A stretch of DNA of 63,957 bases, filler included, from Octopus bimaculoides (taxonomy: Eukaryota), in assembly GCF_001194135.2 (NCBI RefSeq). It is 5 parts of 4 records of this genome, joined end to end, with 100 filler letters (N's around TTAATTAATTAA, not from the genome) between each part and the next. Parts side by side here need not be neighbours in the genome. Positions count along the whole stretch, not along the records: positions 1 to 17,747 come from NC_068985.1; 4 more parts are not named here. The stretch is one strand, 5' to 3'. A program made the position numbers and the translations under genes. The notes under the pieces were generated by a model, which saw only the letters and a list, made by a program, of their open reading frames with translations, did not search any database and was not told the origin of the DNA. Of the stretch, positions 1 to 12,199 are shown piece by piece (within the stretch, counting starts at the first letter, position 1; each line of letters begins with the position of its first letter).

Positions 1-9
1 TATATATAC

Positions 10-160
10 GAGGGCTTTCTTCCAGTTTCCGCCTACCAAAGCTACTCACACGGCTTTGGTCGGCCCGAGACTATAGTAGAAGACACTTGCCCAAGGTGCC
101 ACGCAGTGGGACTGAACCCGGGACCATGTGGTTGATAAGCAAGCTACTTACAATACAGCC
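10..160 (-). mobile_element. tRNA-derived SINE family A (CORE-like, octopus OR2-type), head region
   Basis: Reverse complement reads TAAGTAGCTTGCTTATCAACCACATGGTCCCGGGTTCAGTCCCACTGCGTGGCACCTTGGGCAAGTGTCTTC: B-box-like GGTTCAGTCC plus a CCTTGGGCAAG core motif; more than 10 related copies in the window. Confidence 0.8.
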
Positions 161-353
161 CAAGCGATATATTGTTAGATCTCTTCAGGAAAAATAAGTA
201 TATTTTAGTCTTGAGTTACGAAATAACTGTGCCTCGGCTGCTTAGCAACACACTAACTTTGATTTAACTGATATCGTTTGAAATGTGATCAGAAATGGAA
301 GAGTTTTTAATGTTTATGTTCAATAATAAGCAGTTTATGTGGTCTGCGTAAAG

Positions 354-718
354 ACGCAATGGCCTAGTGGTTAGAGCAGCGGACTCGCGGTCGAGGGATC
401 GCGGCTTCGATTCCAAAACCGGGCGTTGTGAGTGTTTATCGAGCGAAAATACCTAAACCTCCTCGAGGCTCCGGTGTGGGGTGGTGGCGAACCCTGCTGT
501 ACTCTTTCACCACAACTTTCTCTCACTCTTTCTTCCTTTTTCTGTATTTCAAAGGGCCAATCTTGTCACACGCTGTGTCACGCTGAATCTCCCGGAGAAC
601 TACGTTAAGGGTACACGTGTCTGTGGAGTGCTCAGCCACTTACACGTTAATTTCGCTAGCAGGCTGTTCCGTTGATCGGATGGACTGGAACCCTCGACGT
701 CGTAAGTGACAGAGTGCC
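354..718 (+). mobile_element. tRNA-derived SINE family E (A-box TGGCCTAGTGG, B-box GCTTCGATTCC)
   Basis: tRNA-like head GACGCAATGGCCTAGTGGTTAGAGCAGCGGACTCGCGG...TTCGATTCC; head shared with 11388-11620 and body shared with 49200-49320. Confidence 0.8.
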
Positions 719-1209
719 ACATACATATAGTCTGCAGAAGTATAGCTAAAAACTTGCCTGTAGGCTCTATTAATTAAGAATTACTTTGCTTCTGAAAAAT
801 CAGATTTTCGCTTTTAATAGATACCAGGTAGTCAGACACGAATCTATCGCATTTAAGGAAAACGTGGGTGCTATTTGCGCTCTATCAGCGATGATTATAG
901 TTAAGGCTTTGGTTTCACAAGAAACTGGCTTGACCTAAAGTCGGAGATACATTGCAATGCTCGTATCTGTCAGCTGTACAAAATAATTTGAATATGCTGT
1001 GGACTCTTCTCTCTCCTGTCAGTCAAATTATGGCCGTGCTCGTCCAAGCTTCACTTAATAATTTATGATTGTTGCTTTTAAGGAGGAATATAAACATGAG
1101 CTGATGCGTTAAGCAGTGATTGAGCAGAAAATAAATTTGATACCAGTTCAATTATATTTGAAAGTTGTTTGAACCCACAAAAATGCTGAGACAAAATGGT
1201 TGTAAAATA

Positions 1210-1488
1210 CTATGGTAAGTTCAGAGCGCCCCTTTCTGACTAAAGCATGCGTACATCTCGAAGTAGCTTTTTTCTAATTAGCCCTAGATACCACAGCGAG
1301 GCAACTCGCTTTGAAATTATCGAAGAAGCTAATGTGCCTCCAGTCAATAACTTTAATTGGTTTCTTATAAGAGAAACCTTGTTTCTTAGTTCAAAGTTGC
1401 CTCGTTTTGGTATCTGCAGCTGAGAGAAGATTACTTCGAAATGCATGCACCCGCCAGTTCAATAGAAGGAGCTCTGAACCTACTATAG
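1210..1488. repeat. Diverged inverted repeat (arms about 95 bp) containing a decayed hammerhead-like motif; probable PLE remnant
   Basis: 1210-1306 matches the reverse complement of 1396-1488; right arm has CTGAGA-GAAG-ATTA-CTTC-GAAATGCAT. Confidence 0.55.
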
Positions 1489-2189
1489 CGTTTTTATACA
1501 TATTTCACCTCATTGACTTTACTTCTCCATGACAAAATGCACTAGAAAGCCTTTTTGCAGATTCAAATATCTCAAATATATTTGAACTGAGTTCTGTTTA
1601 AACAAATACATATTAATAGGAATGTTCTTTTTTTCTTCCTTCAGGAACATCAGTGTAAAAACACTAATATGCATAAATAGTTCCAGTAATAATCTCAATA
1701 CTGTTAAGTATATCTCCTTCTATTAATCATCCACTTTGTATTGAGAAACTCACGTTAGGCGGCGGTTATGTTGTTTATTGATTTGTCGTTGAAGATTTCT
1801 TCGAGTTTACGGTAAACCAATTATTTTTCAATTTGATCCGTTTTCAGCTTAGATCTCATATATCTTATATAGTGACATTTTCAAACTGCTCTAACTCGAA
1901 ACCACTTAACAAAAAAAAACAAAAAAAAGTCTTCAGTCATCCCATATTTTAATCTATTCCATTGCTGTATTGATGAGGTGACAACGAACATAGTTGACTG
2001 CAATATAAGCTGAGCATACTCATTCTAATCGTGGAAGTTTCTGCCATAAACTATGTATATACCTCTCCAGGGTCGATAGAATAAAATACCAGCCAAATTT
2101 TGTTGGAGTCGATTAAACCGAATATATCGCAAACACAATATATTTGAGACTGTTTAACAATTTATTAATGTTAGCTTTAGAAGAATCTG

Positions 2190-2430
2190 TGAGCTGGCAG
2201 AATCGTTGGCATGTCAGACAAATTACTTAGCGGCATTTCTGCCGGCTTTTCATTCCGAGTTCAAATTCCGTTGAGGTCAACTTTGCCCCTCATCTTTTCT
2301 GGTTCGATAAAAAAAAAAAAGTTCCGGTTGAGCGTTGAAGTCAGTGTAATCAACTAGCCCCTTCTCCAAAGTTTCTGGCCTTGTGCCTACAGTAGAAAGT
2401 ATTATTACTATTATTATTATTATCATCATC
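2190..2430 (+). mobile_element. SINE family B
   Basis: GAGCTGGCAGAATCGTT...GAGTTCAAATTCC...GAGGTCAACTTTGCC...TCGATAAA...CTTGTGCCTACAGTAGAAAG followed by an (ATT)n tail; more than 12 copies in the window. Confidence 0.8.
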
Positions 2431-3352
2431 ATCATCATTATGAGCAGAAGCAGTAGCAAATAAACTATTATTAGCTTTAGAAACATTAGATTGCCAAGCA
2501 ATGTAGCTTGCAGAATTTAATTATGAGTTCAAATACTACCGAAGGCGGCTGTTCCTTTCTTCTCTCTCTGGGTCGATAAAATAAATAACACTCACAGAAA
2601 AATAAATAGATAAAAGAAAGCAAACAAAATAATAACAAAAAATAACAAAACGAGAACAAATATACGGCTTTTGGTAAAAATCGAATCCTATTGTAAAATT
2701 CGGAATTGTTCATATTCGATTATCGAACGCAAGAAAGAATATTTATCAAAATAATATTTTAACGATAGATAAGCACGAAAACATTTAAAGCGAGAATTTT
2801 CAAAGAAAAAAAAAAAAAAAGAAAAAAAGAATTGAAGAAGCATGAAAGATAAATGTTCTATGTTTGGGTAAATTATAACTGAAACTGAGAACAACATTGG
2901 AACCTAGAGAAATAATTCAAGAGAGGAAGAATAGCAAAACTAAATCTTCAGTGAAAGATCGAAATAAATAGATGAAGTCATACGGCTATTATAATGAAAT
3001 CCCTTCTCGAAATTTGAAGAAATAAAAGTTATATTAACTTGAGATAGGTCACAGATGTGCAGAATATCGTATAATATGGATCTCTTCCAAGAAGAATGAG
3101 AAAAGAAAAGGTTTCCATCAGAATTGGAAGTAATAACGAAGCAAATTAATGACATAAATTTAAGTGAAATAGAGAATCCATGCAACAGTTTGTGTAATAA
3201 TCGATTGAGAATGGTTTTAATATTATTGAAAAGAGATATACACGAATACATTTGAACAAACATGGAAATAACACATACAAAATAGACATTAACAGCGAAG
3301 CTGAGAAATGATAATGACGATGATGATGACGATGATGATGACAATTATAATT

Positions 3353-3384
<32 letters not shown>

Positions 3385-3439
3385 AACAACGTCGACGACG
3401 ACGATGATAATGATGATGGTAATAATAATATATGCTCTG

Positions 3440-3989
3440 ATACAGTAGCAGGCACTGGCTCTCATAGCTTCTGATTTTAACTGTGTTGAAATCCTATCAT
3501 GTACATGTTTTGTCTTGATATAAAATATGGACTACAGCAAATATTCTGCACAATACCACAGATTTGCTTCTCAGCTGCTTGATCTTAACCAGTTGAGCAT
3601 GTCCCTTAGGGACTGAGGATATGTGCATATCTGATTACGAGCAGGTGTAGTAGGGGGAGCACCATAGCCGTGTGTTGAGAAGAATTCTTTGGGGTTTGAA
3701 TAACTCACCTCTTGGAAACATGGGTGTTTCGTTCATTATCCCTAAATAACTCTTATTCAATGACCTTCTGAGCGGAATCGGCTACTCAACCTAAATGATA
3801 TTCTAACTGAGCCCCACCTGCAAGGTCATGTCCTGTTTATCTCGATATGAAATCACCATGTCCCGCACGTATGATTGTGATGCATGTTCCTGGTGTACTT
3901 TTATCAGACCAGGTGATCATGAGGGGCGTATTGAGCTTCATATATTTGTAACCCAGTGTCACTTTATGGTATGCGCTGCACTCTCATTA

Positions 3990-4045
<56 letters not shown>

Positions 4046-4263
4046 GCGGGATGGGCTACTCAACCTGAAGAAAATTCTAATTGGGCCCCACCTGCGAGGT
4101 CATGCGCTGTTTATCTTGATATAAGATCACCATGTCGCACACATATGGTTGTGATGCATGTGCCTGGTGTACCCTTATCAGACGGGTAGTCATGATGGGT
4201 ATACTGGGCTTCGTATATTTTACCCCAGTGTCACTTTGATGGCAATGCCCTGCTCTCTCACTC

Positions 4264-4265
<2 letters not shown>
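3440..4265 (+). mobile_element. Repeat family C (about 550 bp retroposon-like element) plus a tandem partial copy at 4045-4265, both with (AAT)n tails
   Basis: Homologous copies at 11645-12170 (-) and 30705-31100 (+); 3' end CTCTCACTC followed by (AAT)n. Confidence 0.75.
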
Positions 4266-4321
<56 letters not shown>

Positions 4322-4364
4322 GTAATAACGATGATGATGATGATAATTATGATGATGATAATCC

Positions 4365-4545
4365 TTTCAACTATAGGCACAAACCTGAATTTTTGGGGAA
4401 TGTTTAAGTCGATTACATCCACCCCAGTGCATAACAGGTAGTTGTTTCATCGATTCCGAAAGGATGAAGGGCAAAGTCAATCTCGGCGGAATTTGAGCTT
4501 AGAACGTAAGGACGAACGAAATGCGGCTAAATATTTTGTCTGGAA
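4365..4545 (-). mobile_element. SINE family B
   Basis: Reverse-complement match to 2190-2430. Confidence 0.75.
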
Positions 4546-4557
4546 CAATGTTGATGC

Positions 4558-4631
4558 CTCCCCAGCGGGGAATCGAACCTCGGTCTCCCGCATGACAGGC
4601 GGGAACGCTTATCACTTGGTCACATGGAGGA
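4558..4631 (-). pseudogene. tRNA-Asp(GTC)-derived pseudogene
   Basis: Reverse complement TCCTCCATGTGACCAAGTGATAAGCGTTCCCGCCTGTCATGCGGGAGACCGAGGTTCGATTCCCCGCTGGGGAG: intact anticodon arm CCCGC-CTGTCAT-GCGGG and T-loop of eukaryotic tRNA-Asp; D-arm and acceptor stem imperfect. Confidence 0.75.
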
Positions 4632-4939
4632 AAATATCAAAGGACGAGATACAACATACAAAACAGGTGAAGTTTACATCGGTGAAGGGGAGACTCTTCA
4701 ACATTAAAGGATGGAAGTCTCAATAGGGGATAGTGCAATAATGGGAATTAGGAGCAAACGCCTGACAAACCGTTCCGGATTACTCGGCCATCCCCGAAAC
4801 ATAGGTAATGCCATCTACCAGTTTCTTTCCTCCTACTTAGATCTATTCAGCCTCTCCAGTCTTGCCACTCTCGTCTATATTTTGATGAACTCACTGATGA
4901 TAATAAGGAGGATAAATAGTCGTAATTATTATTTCTAAT

Positions 4940-5130
4940 TTTTCCACAAGGCCAGCAAGTCTGACGGGAGGGGTAAGTTGATTATTTCGAGTCCAATACT
5001 TAACTGGTACTTATTTAATTGACCCTGAAAAGATGTAATGTAAATTCGTCCTCGGTGGCACTTTAACTGAGAAAATAATGAACCGGAAGGAATGCCGCTA
5101 AGCGTTTTATCCGGTGCAGTAATGATCTTG
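4940..5130 (-). mobile_element. SINE family B (diverged)
   Basis: Similar to other family B copies (AACTGGTACTTATTTAATTGACCC...CCGCTAAGC). Confidence 0.6.
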
Positions 5131-5283
5131 TTGACGATAACAAGAAGGATGGTTCCTTTACTGGTCACTCATGCCTACCAAATAAAATTCAGAGTATTTT
5201 ACAAAAGATGTTATGGTATACACAAACAATACAAGATGGGTCGACAGAACATAATATAATAGAAAAGCATTGAAAATTAATTC

Positions 5284-5343
<60 letters not shown>

Positions 5344-6054
5344 NNNNNNNNNNNNNNNNNNNNNNNNNNNNNNNNNNNNNNNNNNNNNNNNNNNNNNNNN
5401 NNNNNNNNNNNNNNNNNNNNNNNNNNNNNNNNNNNNNNNNNNNNNNNNNNNNNNNNNNNNNNNNNNNNNNNNNNNNNNNNNNNNNNNNNNNNNNNNNNNN
5501 NNNNNNNNNNNNNNNNNNNNNNNNNNNNNNNNNNNNNNNNNNNNNNNNNNNNNNNNNNNNNNNNNNNNNNNNNNNNNNNNNNNNNNNNNNNNNNNNNNNN
5601 NNNNNNNNNNNNNNNNNNNNNNNNNNNNNNNNNNNNNNNNNNNNNNNNNNNNNNNNNNNNNNNNNNNNNNNNNNNNNNNNNNNNNNNNNNNNNNNNNNNN
5701 NNNNNNNNNNNNNNNNNNNNNNNNNNNNNNNNNNNNNNNNNNNNNNNNNNNNNNNNNNNNNNNNNNNNNNNNNNNNNNNNNNNNNNNNNNNNNNNNNNNN
5801 NNNNNNNNNNNNNNNNNNNNNNNNNNNNNNNNNNNNNNNNNNNNNNNNNNNNNNNNNNNNNNNNNNNNNNNNNNNNNNNNNNNNNNNNNNNNNNNNNNNN
5901 NNNNNNNNNNNNNNNNNNNNNNNNNNNNNNNNNNNNNNNNNNNNNNNNNNNNNNNNNNNNNNNNNNNNNNNNNNNNNNNNNNNNNNNNNNNNNNNNNNNN
6001 NNNNNNNNNNNNNNNNNNNNNNNNNNNNNNNNNATATATATATATATATATATA

Positions 6055-6200
6055 TATACGGCGGGTTTCTTTCAGTTTCCGTCAACAAATCCACTCACAA
6101 GGCTTTGGTTGGCCCGAGGCTATAGTAGTAGACACTTGCCCAAGGTTCCACGCTGTGGAACTGAACTCGGAACCATATGGTGGGGAAGCAAGTTTATTAT
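6055..6200 (-). mobile_element. SINE family A head
   Basis: Matches 10-160. Confidence 0.75.
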
Positions 6201-6944
6201 CACACACCCACGATATATATTTTTTTATTATAGCTTATGTTAGAGATGAGATAGGTTTTTTTGATGTGTGGATGTATAACGTAATGTCAAACAACAACAG
6301 CAACAATAACACCACTTGGTCGTTAGGTAACTTTAACCATGTTTACTTTGTTACAAGCATTAAAACTAGGTTCGTTTGTTATCGTCATTTCATCAGCAGG
6401 CAGAGAACGCGTGCATATATTATCGTTACTGTTCTTGCTGCCATGTCTACCGCGTCCAAAAAGACAAAAAGAAAACTCCTCAAATTCCATTGTAAAAATC
6501 ACAGCCACAATAAATTAACTTGAACTGAATTAAACAAACACGAGATGCTGGAATTTGTCCGTCAATCTGGAGGCTTAGACGGTGTACAAGGTATTCTAAA
6601 CAGGATGTATTAAAAAAAATATATCAAACTATAATCAGTTAGCGAGGCAAGTTGTCGAGTAGAGTCGAAGAAAACCAAACAATTAAACAATTGGCTATAA
6701 TTAACAGAATTCTTGGAAAGATTAATTATAGCGTTCTGCGTCGGCAAACGTCAATTCATTAACAGGCAAAAAGAGAAGAGAAGAAACAAACAAACAAAAA
6801 TCTAAATAAATAATCAAAAATGAAGTATGTCTCCATTATCTCACGAAGGCTTTCTGTGAGAAACTTGGATATCTGTCTCCTCACGACATATTAACATATT
6901 TCACTATTTGTTCCCGAGTAATTTAACAATAATACACATTTATA

Positions 6945-6945
6945 A

Positions 6946-6983
<38 letters not shown>

Positions 6984-7081
6984 ACAGCAGCAGCAGCAAC
7001 AACAATAATAGCAAAAAGAAGAAGAAGAAGAAGAAGAAGAAGAAGAAGAAGAAGAAGAAGAAAAGGAAGAAGAGGAAGAAG

Positions 7082-7114
<33 letters not shown>

Positions 7115-7365
7115 AGAAGAAGACGAAGAGGAAGAAGAAGAAGAAGAAGAAGAAGAAGAAGAAAAAGAAGAAGAAGAAGAAAAAGAAGAATAAAATGAAG
7201 AAGAAGAAGAAGAATAAAATGAAGAAGAAGAGGAAGGAGAAGAAGAATAAAATGAAGAAGGAGAAGAATAAAATGAAGAAGAAGAAGAAAAAAAGAAGAA
7301 GAAAATAAAGAAGAAGAAGAAGAAGAAGAACAACAACAACAACAACAGCAGCAACAATAATCCTT
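6945..7365. repeat. Compound trinucleotide microsatellite (GAT)n-(CAG/CAA)n-(GAA)n-(CAA)n
   Basis: Direct reading. Confidence 0.95.
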
Positions 7366-7575
7366 TCTGTTATAGGCACAAGACCTGAAATTTTGGGAGA
7401 GGAGTTAAGTGGATTACATCGACCTCAGTACTCAACTGGTACTTAATCTATCGATTCCGAAAGGATGAAAGGCTAAGTCGATCTCGGCGGCGGAATTTGA
7501 AGTCAGAATGTAGCGAATGGCGAAATACCGCTGAGCGTTTCGTCCAGCGTGCTGATGATTCTGCCAGCTCTCCGC
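7365..7575 (-). mobile_element. SINE family B
   Basis: Reverse-complement match to 2190-2430. Confidence 0.75.
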
Positions 7576-7594
7576 CTTGATAATAATAATAATA

Positions 7595-7639
<45 letters not shown>

Positions 7640-7640
<1 letters not shown>

Positions 7641-7819
7641 AGGACTTACAAATATATATAACATACAGAAAATTGCACTACTGGGTACTGCACACATCCT
7701 ACGCAAAACACTTTCAATACAGTAAACATAAGAGCACCACAGCAAACCACAGCACATACCCAAGGCGCACAGAGCTGCGCTCGGTAGTGAAGTGAAAGCA
7801 CGTTATAAAAATAAAACTA

Positions 7820-7825
<6 letters not shown>
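7640..7825 (+). mobile_element. 3' end of an R4/Dong-clade RLE LINE, 5'-truncated, embedded in (AAT)n
   Basis: Frame reads GLTNIYNIQKIALLGTAHILRKTLSIQ*, matching the QK..LLGTA.ILRK.L C-terminus of R4/Dong ORFs; (AAT)n on both sides. Confidence 0.75.
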
Positions 7826-7887
<62 letters not shown>

Positions 7888-9696
7888 TAATAATAATAAT
7901 GTTGATGATACAAAGTGTAAATGATCTGTTAAATGTTGATTTCTGACTTTGGCTTATGTCCATTAATTTGGAGAAGTGTTGGTGTATGTAATCTATTTAT
8001 TCTACCCCATTACATTCCTGGTACTTATTGAATCGATACTCCACCGATTCCGTCAACTTTCAGGAGGGATGAAAGTAAAATGTATAGAAAACACAAACAA
8101 AAGAAAAATAAACTGGAGTTTTAGCTCAGAAAATAAAGGGAGTGTGACGATGCAACTATGAAAGAGTCTTATACATTAAAGTTTCTGTCAATCCACAACC
8201 ATGCTTCCTTCAATTTGCCAAATATTGGAACAACATTAAATTTGAAACAATCTTTCTAATATGTTGAAAGGGATCGTGAATGGACTGGCATTTACAGACT
8301 TTACTTGGAATCTGTAAAATATGAAGAGTAACGCGAAAAAATTCAACAAATAAACAAACAACTTGTGCGAAATGAAAGTGAAACTACATTTTTATTCAAA
8401 ATTTTATTGCAGAATCCCCTCTAATATAAGTTCTTTGGTTGTGCCACATATTTGATGTAGAGTATATATCGATTTTATATTTCTAAATGAAAGGAATTGA
8501 TCTATAAATGATATAAAATTTCAGTCAGTAACTGTTTTATGAAAAATATACGCATTAGAACTATTACCACAGTCAATCAAAATGTATGTATGCATGTATG
8601 TATTTATGTATATATGTATGTGTGTATGTATACCTGTATGCCTGTATGTACATATAAACCTATGTATACGTATTTAGGTATGTACATATATATTGTTTAT
8701 ATAACATACGTATATGATAAATACATATAAATATACAGACGTATTTGTACGTATATGTAATATATATATATATATATTATGTATATATATACACATACAT
8801 ACATACATATGTACATATATATATATATATATATANNNNNNNNNNNNNNNNNNNNNNNNNNNNNNNNNNNNNNNNNNNNNNNNNNNNNNNNNNNNNNNNN
8901 NNNNNNNNNNNNNNNNNNNNNNNNNNNNNNNNNNNNNNNNNNNNNNNNNNNNNNNNNNNNNNNNNNNNNNNNNNNNNNNNNNNNNNNNNNNNNNNNNNNN
9001 NNNNNNNNNNNNTGTGTGTGTGTGTGTGTATATATATATTATGTACATATACATATATATATATATACACATTTAATGCCGCGCCACCAGTAGCGATAGC
9101 AACAGCAACAACAGCAACAAATACACCCACAACAACAACGGCAGTAACAACGGCTTTAGCATATCAGCTACTACTTCTGGCGCTGGTGCTGATGCTGATA
9201 TCGATGTTGATGCTTGTTAACATCAAGGCCGCAGCAAGAGGACTCTTGTCCATTCCCCAAACTACCAGTGTGGAAGTTGCAACAGAGCAAGAAGTGAACA
9301 CGTAGATGCTGATTTATGGTGCATGGGAAATTGCATCTGCATTAGCTTAATTATATCATGTAAGCTGATAGTGTACAGTTGGTGAAGCATGTACGGCATT
9401 CAGAGCTTTACTGGCTGTCGGTGAGTGTTGGCTTTCGCTAATGAAAATAACAACCAGCAAACTGTTCCATCGCCAATCTTCATCGATAAATCCTATCTGT
9501 GCCACCCACCACAACTACCACCGGTTTCTTTCCCTTCTTTTCCTTTCCTTTCCTTTCTTTTCGTTTTTCTTTCCTTCCTTCCTATTCTCACACCCCCTTC
9601 TCGTACTTTCCTTCTTCTGCTTCTTGCTTCTCTCTTTTCCTTCTTCACACGCATATACACAAATTCTCTATCTCTCTTGCTCTCTCTCTCGTGCAT

Positions 9697-9727
<31 letters not shown>

Positions 9728-10391
9728 TATATATATATATACACGTACACACACATATATATCTATATATATTATACACATACAGATATGCATGTATGTA
9801 TANNNNNNNNNNNNNNNNNNNNNNNNNNNNNNNNNNNNNNNNNNNNNNNNNNNNNNNNNNNNNNNNNNNNNNNNNNNNNNNNNNNNNNNNNNNNNNNNNN
9901 NNNNNNNNNNNNNNNNNNNNNNNNNNNNNNNNNNNNNNNNNNNNNNNNNNNNNNNNNNNNNNNNNNNNNNNNNNNNNNNNNNNNNNNNNNNNNNNNNNNN
10001 NNNNNNNNNNNNNNNNNNNNNNNNNNNNNNNNNNNNNNNNNNNNNNNNNNNNNNNNNNNNNNNNNNNNNNNNNNNNNNNNNNNNNNNNNNNNNNNNNNNN
10101 NNNNNNNNNNNNNNNNNNNNNNNNNNNNNNNNNNNNNNNNNNNNNNNNNNNNNNNNNNNNNNNNNNNNNNNNNNNNNNNNNNNNNNNNNNNNNNNNNNNN
10201 NNNNNNNNNNNNNNNNNNNNNNNNNNNNNNNNNNNNNNNNNNNNNNNNNNNNNNNNNNNNNNNNNNNNNNNNNNNNNNNNNNNNNNNNNNNNNNNNNNNN
10301 NNNNNNNNNNNNNNNNNNNNNNNNNNNNGATGTATGGAAGAATAGATATTTAGTGTCTTCAAGTTATTGAGTAATTCACGAAAACAAAACC

Positions 10392-10437
<46 letters not shown>

Positions 10438-10443
10438 CATTAT

Positions 10444-10496
<53 letters not shown>

Positions 10497-10684
10497 TTAT
10501 TATTTTTATTATTATTATTATCATTATTATTATTATTATTATTTATTATTATTATTATGATTATGATAGTAGAAAGGATTATTATTAGCAATAGTAGTAA
10601 TGGTATTATCAGCATTATTGTTGTCGTTGCTGTTGTTGTTGTCATCACCGTCATCGTCGTCGTCGTTGTTGTTTTTGTTATGAA

Positions 10685-10870
10685 GGCAGTGGCCTGGAAG
10701 AATGGTTAGCACGTCTGTCTTTACGTTCTGAGTTCAAATTCTGCCGAGGTCGACTTTGCTTTTCACTCTTTCGGGGTCGATAAATTAAATACCAGCTGAA
10801 CACTAGGCTCGATGTAATCGACTCATCCCCACCTTCCCCAAGTTGCCCCTGCGGCAAAAATTTGAAATAA
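10685..10870 (+). mobile_element. SINE family B
   Basis: GAGTTCAAATTCTGCCGAGGTCGACTTTGCTTTTCACTCTTTCGGGGTCGATAAA. Confidence 0.75.
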
Positions 10871-11387
10871 TATTTATTATTATCTTTTTAGTTTTATTTC
10901 TAGAGTAAAGTCCTTACTCCAGTATTCATAATATATTCAAAGTAACAAATTTCGTGCCAAATTGTCCATATTTTATCTAATGATCAGATCTTATTTCGAA
11001 ATGTCAGATAGTGGCTTCAATATATAAAACAGTCTACCTTTGGTATCGATTACGTACATTCTCTTTCTTCTTACACACACTCACATACACACAGACATGT
11101 ACAACACACATACACACACACACAAACAAGCACACGCAAGCACACAGAAACACATACACCAACACATATACACGTACCTATATACACATAATCTAACTTC
11201 TTTTGTTACTCATGTTCAATAAAATATTTTGCATTTCTTGTGGTAAGCCACTATGGGCAATACATTTTTTTTTTTCAAAAAAAAAAAAAAAATTTACGCC
11301 CTTTCAATGCCTAGCCAGGCTCATGGGNNNNNNNNNNNNNNNNNNNNNNNNNNNNNNNNNNNNNNNNNNNNNNNNNNNNNNNNNNNN

Positions 11388-11620
11388 ACCAGCTGGACGG
11401 GACGCCAATCCATCGCAGCGTTACTCAAGAAACAGGCAGAAAGAGTGAGAGAAAGTTGGGGTGAAAGAGTACAACAGAGGTCGCTACCACCCCTTGCGGG
11501 ATCCTCGTGGGGCTTCGGTGTTTCGCTCAATAAACACACACAACGCCCGGTCTGGGAATCGAAACCGCGACCCTCCGACCGCGAGTCCGCTGCCCTAACC
11601 CCTGGGCCATTGCGCCTCCA
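11388..11620 (-). mobile_element. tRNA-derived SINE with family E head and a different 3' module
   Basis: Head matches 354-530 in reverse; the 3' part reads TGCGATGGATTGGCGTCCCGTCCAGCTGG instead of the family E body. Confidence 0.7.
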
Positions 11621-11644
11621 CATGGGCAATAAATATATCATTAT

Positions 11645-12170
11645 TATTAGTATTCTTGAGTGAGAGCAGTGCATACAATCAAAGTGATATTGGGGCACAA
11701 ATATACGAAGCCCAATATACCCATCATGAGTACACGTCTGATAAAGGTACACCAAGCACATGCATCACACCCATATGTGCGCGACATAGTAATCTCATGA
11801 AAAGATAAACAGCGCATGAATTTGCAGATGGCGCCCAGGTACAATTTTCTTCAGGTCGAGTAGCCCATTCCGCTCAAAAGGTCCCTGAATAAGGGTTGTT
11901 GAAGGATGCTTAACGAAACACCCCTGTTTCCGGAGGTGAATGATTCAAACCGCAAAGAATTCCTCTCAACACATGGCTATGTTGCTCTCTTACTACTTCT
12001 GCTCGTGATCAGAGATGCACATATCATCAGCCACCAAGGGAAATGCTCAGAAGGTTAAGGTCAAACAACTGACAAGCAAATCTGTGGTTTTGTGCAAAAT
12101 ATTTGATGTAGCCATCTTTTATACCAAGACAAAACAATATACACTTCCAATCAGTTAAGATTAGATGTCA
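11645..12170 (-). mobile_element. Repeat family C
   Basis: Reverse-complement match to 3440-4265. Confidence 0.75.
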
Positions 12171-12199
12171 TGATTTCAACTCAGGTTTTGTTGGAATGT

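Noticed and set aside
6323-6523. Segment open in several frames with Cys/Lys-rich translations
   Set aside because: No recognisable homology or convincing splice pair
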